A stretch of 64,000 nucleotides of DNA from Octopus vulgaris (taxonomy: Eukaryota), in assembly GCA_951406725.2 (NCBI GenBank), contig OX597819.1:70494001-70558000 (forward strand). Direction: 5' to 3'. This document shows positions 28,792 through 42,484 of the stretch, piece by piece; position 1 is the stretch's first letter, and every line of letters starts with the position of its first letter. The notes beneath the pieces were generated by a model that saw only the letters and a program-made list of their open reading frames with translations, did no database searches and had not been told where the DNA came from. Both the position numbers and the translations under genes were made by a program.

Positions 28792-31307
28792 CAAATAATT
28801 TTCTCATTAGCTGTATTATTTTATTTAAATTCAATTCTTTACATTCTTTAATCAATATTCTTTTCTCCAGTGTTGCAATATTCGTTTTCTTATTTTTCTT
28901 TCACTTTATTATTAAAACAAAAAAGAAAAAGAAATTACCTATTTTCTTCCAAATTATATTAATCTTAACCTTTAAGACCAATTTCTTTTAGTCTCCGGAC
29001 TTCCATTAGGTTCTTTATTTTAAAATCTCAACGAATGTTCTGCGAGACACTATAACCAGAACATTTCTTTTTCACTGTCTAATTACCATTGTCTACTGTC
29101 TATGATTTTTTACTTCAAAATATCTGACATTCAATCAATCTCTGTCTGTGTCTCTTAGTGTACACACACACACACTCATCCCCCCCACACACTCGCCCCC
29201 CCACACACATGCACGCACACACACGCAAGCACACACGTACACACGCGCACACACGTATATTTTATAATTTTTGAAACTCAGTGTTACATGATATATTTTA
29301 AAAGTTGGAGGAGGCATGCGAAAGTTAATGTGCTTTATGCTGATGAGTAAAGAAAGAAGTTAAAGTAGCGAGAGAAGTACTGAAATTGGTAGAAGCAATT
29401 GTAAGGGAGACAACCAGTGGGAGAGGATAGTTCAGGCACTGTCACGCAGATGTACTTCTCCAAAGTAGATAAATCCATACACGCATACATAGATACAATT
29501 ATTGTTGATAGATAAATTTGAAAGTGACGAACGAAGATGGAGTGGTTATATGTGTGTAAGCGTATGGATAAACCAGAACACATCTCCATACATTCAAGTA
29601 TACGCATTGAGCAAAATTTAGATTCAAATGAATATGGTACTTAAGTTGCGGCACCAGAATTTAGTATGGTATTATCCATACAATTTCAAAGTAAAGTGAT
29701 TAAAATCAAAATAAGCAACAAGGATTTCCAGAGGTAATGCAGTACGATTGTTTCATGCATCTCCATTTAATTGAACAATGCAATCATTACATCAATTTAA
29801 AATGCAGAGCTATCTTCAGCCGCATAAAGAAGATATACATTGTTACAGACTCTGCCTGTCACTGACTTTTTTGTTTTTGTGGGGTCAGTTTTGATTTTTA
29901 GACTAGTTTATCAAAACACTTGTAAATCTAAGGCTGAGAGAACAGAGGGCAGTATCTGTTAGGAGTAGGGCTGAGGGAGCAGACAGACATCATAGTTGGT
30001 ATAGTCATAAAAATCAAGATTTATTAGAAGCAATATCATGAGGGTTGGTAAAGGAAAACTTAAAACAAGATGTTAGCTGACAATTAAGGGGGATACCCAC
30101 TAGTAGACCATTGATAATAAAACAGGGGAAGTCTTATCATGTAGTACTATAGTTAAATATTTTAAACAATGTTGCTATATTGTATACAGTTAAAGTTTAG
30201 GGCTATTCAGAGGATTATTAAGAAGAATATTATAACAAAAGGATATAAATTTATGAATACTTTTGAGTATATATCAAACTTTTACCACCACAATAGAGGG
30301 AGGAAAATAAATTATCCAGAAACAGTTTAATATTTCTACATATTGTACACTTAAATGCTAACTCATCAGATGGTATCTGTGAATATTGATTAATTGGGAT
30401 ATACTGGTATTAATAAAGGAATATTGGGATAAAGGAACATGCTAATTATATATTAATAAAATTATAATCTAAGCAGTTTCTTTGTAAGTAGTGAATACAC
30501 CAGTATAATTTTATATAAGCTAAGTATGAATTTATAGAGATACAAAAATTAGATTAATTTTATAAATAAATAAAGGCTAATTATAAAATAATAAAGAAAT
30601 AAAATAAAATAATCAAGTAGTGCAGGGCACCATAGAAAAGGAAATAAAATAGCTTAATTACTAATACTATTGTAAAGTATATGTAACTTATTAACACCAA
30701 TAGAGAAGATTTTTAGAAAAAGTATAATAATTCAAAATATATTAGACTAAAAATTATATATTTACTTATTTAGCTAATATCAATAAGTAATGTCTGATGT
30801 CTGGTATTGGCTCAAGGAATATTTAAGTTATAGAACAATCATATTTTACACTAATCTTTTTTTAAAACTAAGAGTTATATTATAGGTTTAAGAAGTTATT
30901 TTTGTTACTCCCTACATGATATTTATAGTTTCTTAGTGTTACTTGTTTAGAAGGGTAAGGGAGATTTTAAGTATAATTATACTAATGTGTCCATCTGTTC
31001 TAATTTAATTAAATTCTATGTCTTTGTGCGACTGAAGATTGCTCTGCATTTTAACTTGATGTAATGATTGCATTGTTCAATTAAATGGAGTTGCATGAAA
31101 CGATTGTACTGCATTACCTCTGGATATCCTTGTTGCTTATGTTTATATATATATTTATTGGTTGCACACCCAAGTCTTTTTTGCACATTCCATCTGCTAA
31201 TTATAACCATTACGATTATTTTGTAACTCTGAGTTTCTCAAAACAGTTGTTAAGAAGCTGTCTATTCTCTTAGAATTTTGTATTTTTATCCTCTATGTAA
31301 ATATATT

Positions 31308-31371
<64 letters not shown>

Positions 31372-31718
31372 TACATACACATGCATATACACGTGTGTGT
31401 GTGTGTTTATCTTTATGAATGGCAGATTCTAGTGAAAAACTGACCAGTATGGAGAAAGCTTAAGTCATGGCATAACCATGAATAGTCATAGTTGTAATGA
31501 CTGACTGCTGATAATCTTTATGAATATATGTTGTTATATATATCCATATGCATCTATGTGTATCTCTCTATACATATATGAGCATATCTATACATGTATA
31601 TCTATGTGTATTTCTCTCTTTATATATATATATATATATATATGCACATATCTATGTACCAAGTGTATCTATTGTGCATATCTATACATTATATCTGCAT
31701 CACTTACCCTCTCATTTT

Positions 31719-31774
<56 letters not shown>

Positions 31775-34437
31775 GTGTGTGTCTAATATGTATATTTCTC
31801 TCTGTTTCTCTTCTAGGTGACTCTCCACCGGAAAATGTCTTCCAACGGCATGATCGTTTGACCTTCAGTGAAATCATCAGCTACAAAGCTGATCCTAGTT
31901 TAAAGTGGCTGGCCATTACAGGACTCACACCAGAGGTAAGTTAGGGACAACCATCTCATTTGGGTAGCTTCATTGAAACCCTGCCCCCTCCACCCTGTTC
32001 CAATGTCCTGGTCCTCAGGACCATAGTGAATCATTGCATTAAGATGACAAGTATGTGGTGCCTCATATCAGAGATCAAATTGTTTAACCCTTTTGTTACC
32101 ATATTTCTGTTGAGATGCTCTATGTTTCTTTCAATTAATTTTAAATATAACAAAGAATTTAGTAAAATAACTTAGTTATCATTAAGTTAGTGTTGGGAAC
32201 ATAAATTGTGACTAAGGTTTGGTGGAAGATTTTATTTCAGAACTTTTGAAAACAAGACATTTGTACTACAAAGCCAGAGGTGGTTTCAGCCTGGTTGGCA
32301 TCAAAAGGTGTTAAAATGTGTTTTATTATTGTGACCATATTTGATGGCATAAAAGATGTCCCTTTTTGCCTAAAAGTTGTTATAAACAAAAGAAAAATTG
32401 GACCTTCCATTAGCTTTTAGGTACTAAAAACTCAATTTTCTTGACTATGCTCTGCTGAAACTGGGGTGCATCTTTTATGCCATCAAATACAGTAACTGTT
32501 CAGAAGTTCACGTCACTGTTATTTATTTGTTGTTTAATTCTTTTTTAAAATATGATTCATTGACTTGAAGAACTTGAGGGTTGTGTAACCTTTGAATGAT
32601 TTGGGTATCATCATTTTGTATCCTCTCACCAGTGCTGTACTGTATCCATTTAACTCAATCCCTCTATCTGTACATAAGTACCATGAGGTGGTGCAAAACA
32701 GTGGAACAGTATGAGAGATATTACGGTTGCATAACGAAATACCATGAACCTACAAATCATTGGTCTTTACATACCAGCTCCAGGAATGCGTTTAATATGT
32801 AAATTGGTATATCCAATAACTTAATACCACTGCATGCGGTGGCTATATAAACAGTGTGTTCAGAGGTGAGAATGGATTGGGTGGGTGCTGAAGAAGGAGG
32901 GAAAACCCCCCGAAATATGGCATATGCACTCATTATCCATCTTTATCTCCGATCTTAATGTTTGTTTACATCTGATGTTTCAAAAAAATCAGTGCTGATT
33001 ATAATTTCTGTAGAAACAACAAAATAATGTATAGAGCACTGCTAACACAATAAGAACGTGGTAGTGACTTATAAAAACATTTAATATACTTTATAGTATA
33101 TTATTGTTGCATAACAAAATACCATGTACCTACAAATCATGAGCCTATATATTCCATCTAACTCAATCTGTCTATTTGTAAATAGGTACCATGAAGAGGT
33201 GCTGTTCACAGTTGTTCTTAGTAAGTGTGAGATGGTACAAGTGGTGAATATTTAATCAATCTAACCCAGTTTGTCTATATCACAAATGTAAACAACTGAG
33301 GGACTTCACAACTTAAATCTTGATATGAGCCTACATTTCCATAGACTGGCACCCTGTCTATCCAGGGATAAAAATCTATCTTTTTAGTATCTGAAAAGAA
33401 AAAAAAAACTAAGAAAAGTGTAACACTCATTCTGGGATTCCTTGTAAATAGCAATGAATAAATTTAGAAAAGAACTTATTTCTATAAATATCTTCTTTGA
33501 TACCATAACCCTTTCATACAAACCAACGAACCAATCTGAGACCATCCCTGATTCTATGGTACAAACATCCTTGTTTTAAAGTGATCTAAATTCCATCAAA
33601 ATTCCATGTAAATCTATGTCCCAAACACTAGCTTAATTATAAACAAAGTTATTTTACTAAATTCTTCTCTCTTTACGCTTATGATATTCCGGTTGCAGCA
33701 GTCCAGGGAATTCAAATCAAGTGAGTTAGAGATCACTTGATCAAGGCAATTTAGATGTCACATGATCACACTGCTCTCTTCTGATCATGTGACATCTAAA
33801 CTGTCACATGATCACAGGAGATCATGGATCTTGCTGAACAGAATTACCTTCTTCCCCTCCCACTTGTACTTGGTGTTCTTATGCATTATATGTTTGAAAG
33901 TGAAGCCCACCACTTTTAGCTGTTCATTGATGGCCCTTATTGACCCAAGCCACTGGGGTTATTGTTGATGAACTTGACTGTCATGACAATACGCTACCAT
34001 TGACAACGTTTCTTCCCCTTCACCATGGGCAATATGATGCCACCACCAGATACTTGCAGCTGTTTCCAGATGCTGAACATGAAGGACTTGTCCAAACCGC
34101 TATGTTCAAGAAGCTGGCAATTTCTGATCTGCTGTGGCATGCTTCTTCATTTCCTGCATCAGATAGGAATTTGCCTTGTTCATGCTGAAAGAGAAATGAG
34201 ATTGTTAAAACCTGAATGTATATTCCATTAATATTACTGATGCTTTATATTTAAGAGATGAGGAATTATGTACATCATTTACATTATTTACATTTGATGG
34301 ATATTTATCCTCATCTTGTTTGTTGTTAGCACAATATTTCGGCTGATATACTCTCCAGCCTTCATCAGGTGTCTTGGGGAAATTTCGAACCTGGGTTCTC
34401 ATTCCTAAGGTATTTTTCGATGTTGTTGTTGTTGTTG

Positions 34438-34511
<74 letters not shown>

Positions 34512-35158
34512 TATTATTATCATTATTATTGTTGAGGTCACTGCTTGGAATCGAACTCGGAATCTTGGGGTTAGTAGCTTGCACTCTTAACTACTACGCC
34601 ATATGCCCAGGTTCATATATCAGCCGAAATATTGTGTTAACAACAAATAAGATGAGGATAAATATCCATCAAATGTAAATAATGTAAATTACTCTACAAA
34701 TTTTCTATACAGTTTAGAGCAAGAACTGAAAGTTATGTTTTGTATATGAATACGTCTAATGTAAACAATGTCTGTCCTGTTTGCGTAGATGTATTTGTAC
34801 ACCAAATGTCATTAATTTTCAGCACTGACTTCTAAAGTCTGTAGAAAATCTATAGAGAGAAATAAAAAGTGATTGAATCACTCTACAAACACAAAAAGTA
34901 GGGCAGAGTATTGACTTATAAACATTTAATATACTTGGTGATATTCTGGTATTCTCCTACTTGTTTCAGTCATTTGACTGTGGCCATGCTGGAGCACCGC
35001 CTTTAGTTGAGCAAATTGACCCCTGGACTTATTCTTTGTAAGCCCAGTACTTATTGTATCGGTCACTTTTGCTGAACTGCTAAGTTACAGGGACGTAAAC
35101 ACACCAACCTCGGTTGTCGAGCGGTGGTGGTGGGGGGAATAAACACAAACACATAAAC

Positions 35159-35194
<36 letters not shown>

Positions 35195-35510
35195 ACATAT
35201 GTCCCAGCTGGTGCAATCTGCGGAACAGCTTGCTCGTGAAATTAACATGCAAGTAACTGAGCACTCCACAAACATGTGTACCCTTAACGTAGTTCTCAGG
35301 GAGACTCAGCGTGACACAGAGTGTGACAAGGCTGGCCCTTTGAAATACAGGTACAACTCATTTTTGCCAGCTGAGTGGACTGGAGCTACGGGAAATAAAG
35401 TGTCTTGCTCAAGGACACAATGCAGCGCAGGGAATTGAACTCCTGACCTTACGATTGTGACCAGAATGCTCTAACCACTAAGCTACGTGCCTTCACACAC
35501 ACACACATAC

Positions 35511-35546
<36 letters not shown>

Positions 35547-37943
35547 TGTGTACAGTGCTCAGGTGCACTACAACTCATCTAAAGTGTATATATAATCAGG
35601 TGTAGTTTCGGCGGATTTCGGAAAGCATGAGGGCCTTAAAGATGCAGTGTCATGGCAGTCAACAACTGACGCAGGCAGTTTATTCCATGCTTCAGCAACT
35701 CTGAGCGTGAAAAAATGTTTCCGAAAGTCATGGGAGCTGTATTGTTTTCTGACTTTGTAGGCATGTCCACGTGTGTTAGACACATGGAGATCAAAAAGGT
35801 GTTCAGTGTTGTTGTTGGTGAGGTGGTTGATAACTTTGTGGGTGTTTACCAAGTCCGTCGCCAAACGCCGGAGCTTCAGTGAATCCATGCCCAGGGAAAC
35901 AAGGCGCTCAGAATATGGTAGGTGTCTGATGGAGGGTATGCGTTTGGTTGCACGTCTCTGGACAGATTCCAGGAGGTCAATGTTCTGTGCAAGATAGGGG
36001 TTCCAAACTGATGATGCGAATTCCAAGTGTGGTCGTACCATAGCTGTATACAGTTTTAAATAGATGGCTGGAGAGCGGCTAACAAAAGACCTGCTGAGTG
36101 ATGCCAAGACACCCTCGGCCTTCCTGACAATCTTAGAGATATGCTTTGACCAACGCAAATCACTGCTGACAGTGATGCCTAGGTCACGCTCACAAGAGGA
36201 TTTCTTGATATCAGTGTTGTGGAGGGAGTATGTAAACGCAGGGTTTTTTCTCCCAAAATGCATGGTGGTACACTTGTCCACAGCCAGTTTCAGTTGCCAG
36301 TCTGTGATCCATTGCTGCATTGTGTCTAGGTCTGATTGCAGGAAAGAGTTGTAGACATCAGGATCTGTCCTCTTGATTTCAAGGTACAGCTTGATGTCGT
36401 CTGCATATTTCAATACTGTGGCATTCTTTAAATTGGCATCTATGTCGTTAATGTATGCCACAAACAAGAGGGGACCAAGGACAGATCCCTGTGGTACACC
36501 CGATGACATCTCATATGGTGTAGAGTGCTGTCCTAGAACTGTGACTACCTCCTTTCGGCTGAGGATGAAGGATTTCAACCAGTTGAAAAGGTCATCCCCC
36601 ACACCCATTGCAGAGAGTTTCACCATAAGCCTTTTGTGTGGCACAGAGTTGAAAGCCTTAGCAAAGTCAAGGTAGACAACATCCACCCATGAGCCACTGT
36701 CAGTAATCTGAGTAATGTCCTCAAGGAACTCGACAAGCTGGTCACTGCAGCTGGAGTTAGGGACAAATCCATATTGTGAGGGTCGGATGAGACTGTGAGA
36801 GCTCCAGAAGTTCCAGAGTGTTTCTCTGACACACGATTCCATCAGTTTTGCAATACAGCTAGTGAGACTGACTGGGCGATAGTTGACAGGTGATGTGCGG
36901 TCGCCCTTTTTGAACAGAGGAATGACACTGGCAGTTTTCCACTGCTCCGGAGTAGCACCATTGTTGAGACAGTACTGGAAGAAAATAGAAAGCTGGTGTA
37001 AAAGGAAGTGCCTGCCACGTTTGAGAAGCAGGTATGTAACTCCATCGAGACCAGGGGAGGCATAGTTGCGCTTATTTTGAAGGTGACGTCGCAGCATTGC
37101 AGGTGTAAATTCCATAGTTGTTATGGAGTTTGCTGTTAGTGATGGTGAAGATGGTACATTTTGACTTTCAACAGTGAATATGTTTGCATAGCACTCGGCA
37201 ATGAGTTCTGCGCATTCCTTGGGGTCGTCAGTGATCTGGTTTGTGTGAGGGTTGCGAAGAGGGCCCACTGGAGAGTGAGGTCTCTGCTTTGAGTGCACAT
37301 ATTTCCAGAAAACCTTGCTGTCAGGATTGGCTGCTATGCACTGTTCAAATTCAAGCACTGCTTTTTTTGTCACTTGCTTGTATGTCAGGCTTCTTTCAGT
37401 TTCCATCTACCTGATCCACTCACAAAGATTTGGTCAGCCTGAAGCCATAGTAGAAGACACTTGCCCAAGGTGCCATGCAGTGGGACTGAACCTGGAACCA
37501 TGTGGTTGGTAAATAAGCTACTTACGACACAGCCACTCCTGCACCTCTGTTATGATTGCATAACAAAATAGAGATCAGTGACTGTGTGTGGCTTTAAAAA
37601 GTCTGTAATATGAGCAAGGTGAATAAGCCCTCATCACTGGCCTGTGATTATCTCACACCCAGAAACCAACAACTGTGAGTATCACGAAAGCTAGAGATGG
37701 GAATGATAAACTCTCTTGCTCATGCTATACAGTCACAAAGTGTGTCGGTAGCCAGAAGGAAAAGATGTTTTCCTTGGGATAAACACTAGTAATATCATCA
37801 TGTGTAGGACTGACGCATTCTGTTAACAAAAAAAACTTTACTAAAATATGGTGTTCCACCAGCAATTCGTATTACTGATGTTATCTTCTATTTGAGGCCT
37901 ACTAAAGTTTCTTTGCAAATACCTGACACACCCTGTATCTGTG

Positions 37944-37991
<48 letters not shown>

Positions 37992-38355
37992 TATTTAGAC
38001 AGCAATAAACAAATGTGTACCAACAAGGAGAACTATAACTGTTATTAAATGTGACTGAGGGTGTTGCAACACTTACATTGCTAGAAATAAGAGCTAAATG
38101 CTCTAATACTGTGGTCAAAGCACATAATTGTATGCATACATGCTGATAGGGACCATAATCATTGGAAAAGCTGCGGTTGAGATATTCCGAGACTGATCGG
38201 TCAGTTTCCGCTTTTGTCATTGCCTCTTCAGGGGGATCGGCCCACTGTATGTATGTATGTATACAATTATGTGCTTTGTCTGCAGCATTAGAGCATTTAG
38301 CTCTTATTTCTAGCAATGTAGATGTTTACAACACCCTCAGTTATATTTAATGACA

Positions 38356-38399
<44 letters not shown>

Positions 38400-40103
38400 A
38401 TTTTATAGAAGGAGCTTCTACAGGACTAGAACTGTTTCATTCAGATGAAATCTTCAGGAAGCTGGCTGAATGAAACAGTTCTAGTCCTGTAGAAGCTCCT
38501 TCTATAAAATAAATTACTTTACTCTGCTATGTATTGAGTACCTTATTTACTGTGGTTAACCCCGACTCAACCTGGGACCTACATATATATATATATATAT
38601 ATAAAACAGGAGTGGCTGTGTGGTAAGTAGCTTGCTTATCAACCACATGGTTCAGGGTTCAGTCCCACTGCATGGCACCTTGGGCAAGTGTCTTCTACTA
38701 TAGCCTCGGGCCAACTAAAGCAGAGGACCAGCTTCATTTTGATGTATGATACATGTTCCTATGAAGGTAATTATACCTGTCCTAAACAAAATGGCATTAC
38801 TGTTTGACTCACCCTTGTATATGAACGTAACGGCAGACGAAATACCGCTAAGGATTTTGCCCAGCATGCTAATGATTCTGCCAGCTTGCCGCTGGACAAA
38901 ATATAAGGATAGTACACGAAGTTGTGGGTGTAAAATTGAAACCCCTTTGTGACTTTTGGCATTCCCTTACAAGGGGTTAATACACAAGGTCCACAATGAC
39001 ATCACATTAGTTTAATTATTGTTGAAGGTAAACAAAATTATTAGACATACTTAATTGTTTAAAATGTCTTCTCTCAAAATCTCATTTACAGGGGGCTGGA
39101 AATATTGTTTATTGTTTTACCTTTTACTTGTGTCAGTCATTGGACTGCGACCATGCTGGAGCACCACCTTGAAAGGTTTTAGTTAAACAGTTTGACCCCA
39201 GTACTATTCTTCTAAGTCTGGTACTTATTTTATCAGTTCCTTTTGTTGGACCACTAAGTTACAAGGGTATAAACAAACCAACACCATTGGGAAGTGGTGG
39301 TGGGGGTGGTTGGAGGAGAAAACCAAATACACCCAAAGACACACACACACACACATATTTGTCTACAACAGGCTTCCACACAGTTTCTTTTTACCAATTT
39401 CACTCACATGGCATTGGTTAGCCTGGGACTTGTCTAAGGTGCCATGCAGCGGGACTGAACCCAGAACTGTGTGGCTGGAAAGCAAACCTCTTAACCACAC
39501 AACCATAGAATAATTTTTTTCTTTTTTTCTTCCTTTTTTTTTGCTTTTGTTTGATTCCACATTTGGTTTAGTGAAGTTTATTTTTTAAAATGCTTGTCTG
39601 TTGCTTTGGCAGGAGGACCGCATCTCTGGAGTGACACAGTTGTATAATGTGGATGAAGACATCACACAATGCATCAACTCGCATGCTGTGTGCTTCACAC
39701 ACTACAGGTTTGATGATAACCCTTTGCCATCGACAGTGTTTTGTGTGGCTTCCAGGGATACACAAGACAAGGGTAAAGTAAGTAGACAAGGAAGCATTTA
39801 ATTTAATTTAATCATCATCATCATCATTTCACGTCCATTTTCCATGCTGGCATGGGTTGGATGCCTGGTTTGACAGGAGTTGATTAGCAAGAGGACGGCA
39901 CCAAACTCCAATGTTTGCCTTGGAATGGTTTCCACTGTTGGACCTGGCAAACTTATAATTAACACTGATTCCAGTCACAACTATCCTGCCTTTTATCATC
40001 CATCATCTCTGTAACTGCAGTTTTTCTATGATACTGCATATTTTTTCTTAGTATCATTCCATTTGTAATCCATCCTTCATCCATTAGTGTGTGTGTGTAT
40101 ATA

Positions 40104-40168
<65 letters not shown>

Positions 40169-41243
40169 ATCTATATATATATATATGGGAAAAAATAAGT
40201 TCAAAAGAGAATAATTCAAACTTTTTGAGAGGTCCAAAAAGAGAGAAAGCATGATTTCTAATAAAGATTCATCATATTCATAAAAAAAAAACAGCCAGAG
40301 CAAGTAATAAGAATATGAAAATAGTAGTTGAAAAATATCATTATAGGTATAAATATACCATAAAACAATTATAGAAAAATGGAGGAGAAAAAATGTTGCA
40401 TCAAAATTAGATTTAATAGAAAAATAGGTTTCAATACATACGCATGTTTCAAAGGACAATACAAATATGTAAGAAAAAATTATAACTATAACATCTTTTT
40501 CTCCTCCATTTTTCTATAATTGTTTATGGTATTTTTATACCGATAACGATATTTTCCAACTATATATATACATAAATACAAAATGGGACAAGAACGCAAA
40601 ACAGCCAGACAGTTAGGTGATACAAGAGAGGGACAACAAAACATCCAGATAGATGATACAAAGAAAACAAGGACGGGTCATTCGGAGTTTTCTTTCCTCA
40701 GTTGAGTTCCAGATTATCTTTGCAATTTCAGCTATATTTATATAAAAATATACACAGTGGTGAACTGGTCTAAAAATATTGGTTGCCAGGAGACTAAGAG
40801 GGCCCAACTGCAACTACAAGGGGGTGCAACTACAATGCTATCATTTATTATTTTTTTTTTGTTAAAAGTATTCTTTTCAACTGTCTACAAACACATGCAG
40901 ACTGAAATGATTAATGCATTCTTCCAGGAGTGAATGAAAAATTCTCAAACTTGAGGGGATGGGCCCCTTAGATACTAACAAGGGCCCCCACATATGGATT
41001 CTAATGGCACATGGGGCCCACTTGCCATCAGGCAAGCTGGCAACCTGGCCAGTCTTCCACTGTATGTATGTACATGTGTGTGTGTATACATATATACACA
41101 CACACACACACATATATATGTACCTTACTTGGAAACAGGTGAGGGTTTGGTTACAGGAAGGGCATCCAGCTGCAGAAATCTATCTTAATAAAATCCCATC
41201 TGACCCCAGCATAGAAAAGTGGACATTGAGTTGATGGTGATAA

Positions 41244-41282
<39 letters not shown>

Positions 41283-42439
41283 TTTTCCATCCTGGTATGG
41301 GTTGGATGGTTTGGCTGGAGCTGGCCAGCCTGGGAGTTACAGTCTCACATTATCAACCAGACTATTGAACGTTGTTATGCATCGCTGGTCACAACGTGGT
41401 TTGCATTGCTTTACCTTTTGAATGATGCCACACTGCTGGCTAGGCATGCAGGCCAACATTTTGCCTGATCAGAAGGCTGTTCTGTCATGGAGGTACCTGT
41501 TTACAGCTGAGTGGACTGGAGCAACGTGAAATGAAGTGTTTTGCTCAAGAACACAATGCAACACCTGGTTCAGGAATCAAACGCATGATTTAGTGATTGT
41601 GAGCGCAGAAACCAAAGCACTTAGCCACACGCCTCCACGCATGCACACACACACACACACACACACCTGACAGAAAGCAAATAAACAACAACAAAAGTAC
41701 AAGAGACATTCACAGTAAATATTATTAGTTTGATGGTCAAGGCAGAATAGAAAATGTAAAAAGTATGATGTTTCGGACGATGTCCTTCTTCAGAAAAATC
41801 CAGAAGAAAGAAATAAAAGGAAGAAAAGAGATAAAAAGAAAAAGAAGGAAACTTGTTGTGTGTGTGTGTTTGTGTGTGTGTAGATCTATATGGCAGGTCT
41901 CTTCCATTTAACTGTCTCCCAGATTCATTCAGAAGACATTGGTCAACTTGGGACCGTACTAGAAGACTTCTGCCCAAGATGTCACAGTGGAACTGAACCC
42001 AGAGCCATGTGATTGGAAAGCAAACTCCACCATACCTGCTATTTTATACTTAATAACTTTTTCTAATTAAGACGCAAGGCTAACAGATTTAAAAGTGATG
42101 AGGAGTTGATTACACAGACCCCCACTCCCAGGGCTCTATTGGCGCATATTTTATTCACCCTGCACCAATGGATGAAAGGCAATGTCACCCTTGGTGGCGT
42201 TTGAACCCAGAGCATTAAGAACCAGAAGAAATACTACTGAGTATTTTGTCTGGCACAGTAATAATAACTCTGCCAGCTTGCCCGTCTGATATGTAATGGT
42301 CAATAGCTGGTAACTGAAAATAGTATCAATGAAAATGTCAGCACAAAAATAATTCTTCTGTATTCGAGTCTGTAATATTTCGGTCTCAGATTTAAGTTAT
42401 AATCAGATACTCCAGGATTAGGTTTGCAATACTCTCTGT

Positions 42440-42484
<45 letters not shown>

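Larger units (their letters stand above)
29711..31140 (+). mobile_element. Decayed Penelope-like element bounded by inverted ~120-bp hammerhead-bearing repeats
   Basis: 29711-29830 and 31021-31140 are near-perfect reverse complements. The interior (~30270-30445) gives broken peptides [16 protein letters not shown] / HIVHL..GICEY*LIG / GYTG / IKEH resembling a GIY-YIG endonuclease. Confidence 0.6.

Noticed and set aside
40660-40740. CUGAGGA..CGAAU on the - strand as a hammerhead
   Set aside because: It has GAAU rather than GAAA and unconvincing stems. It is treated as a repeat fragment; the nearby inverted repeat (40324-40398 / 40490-40562) also lacks a core.
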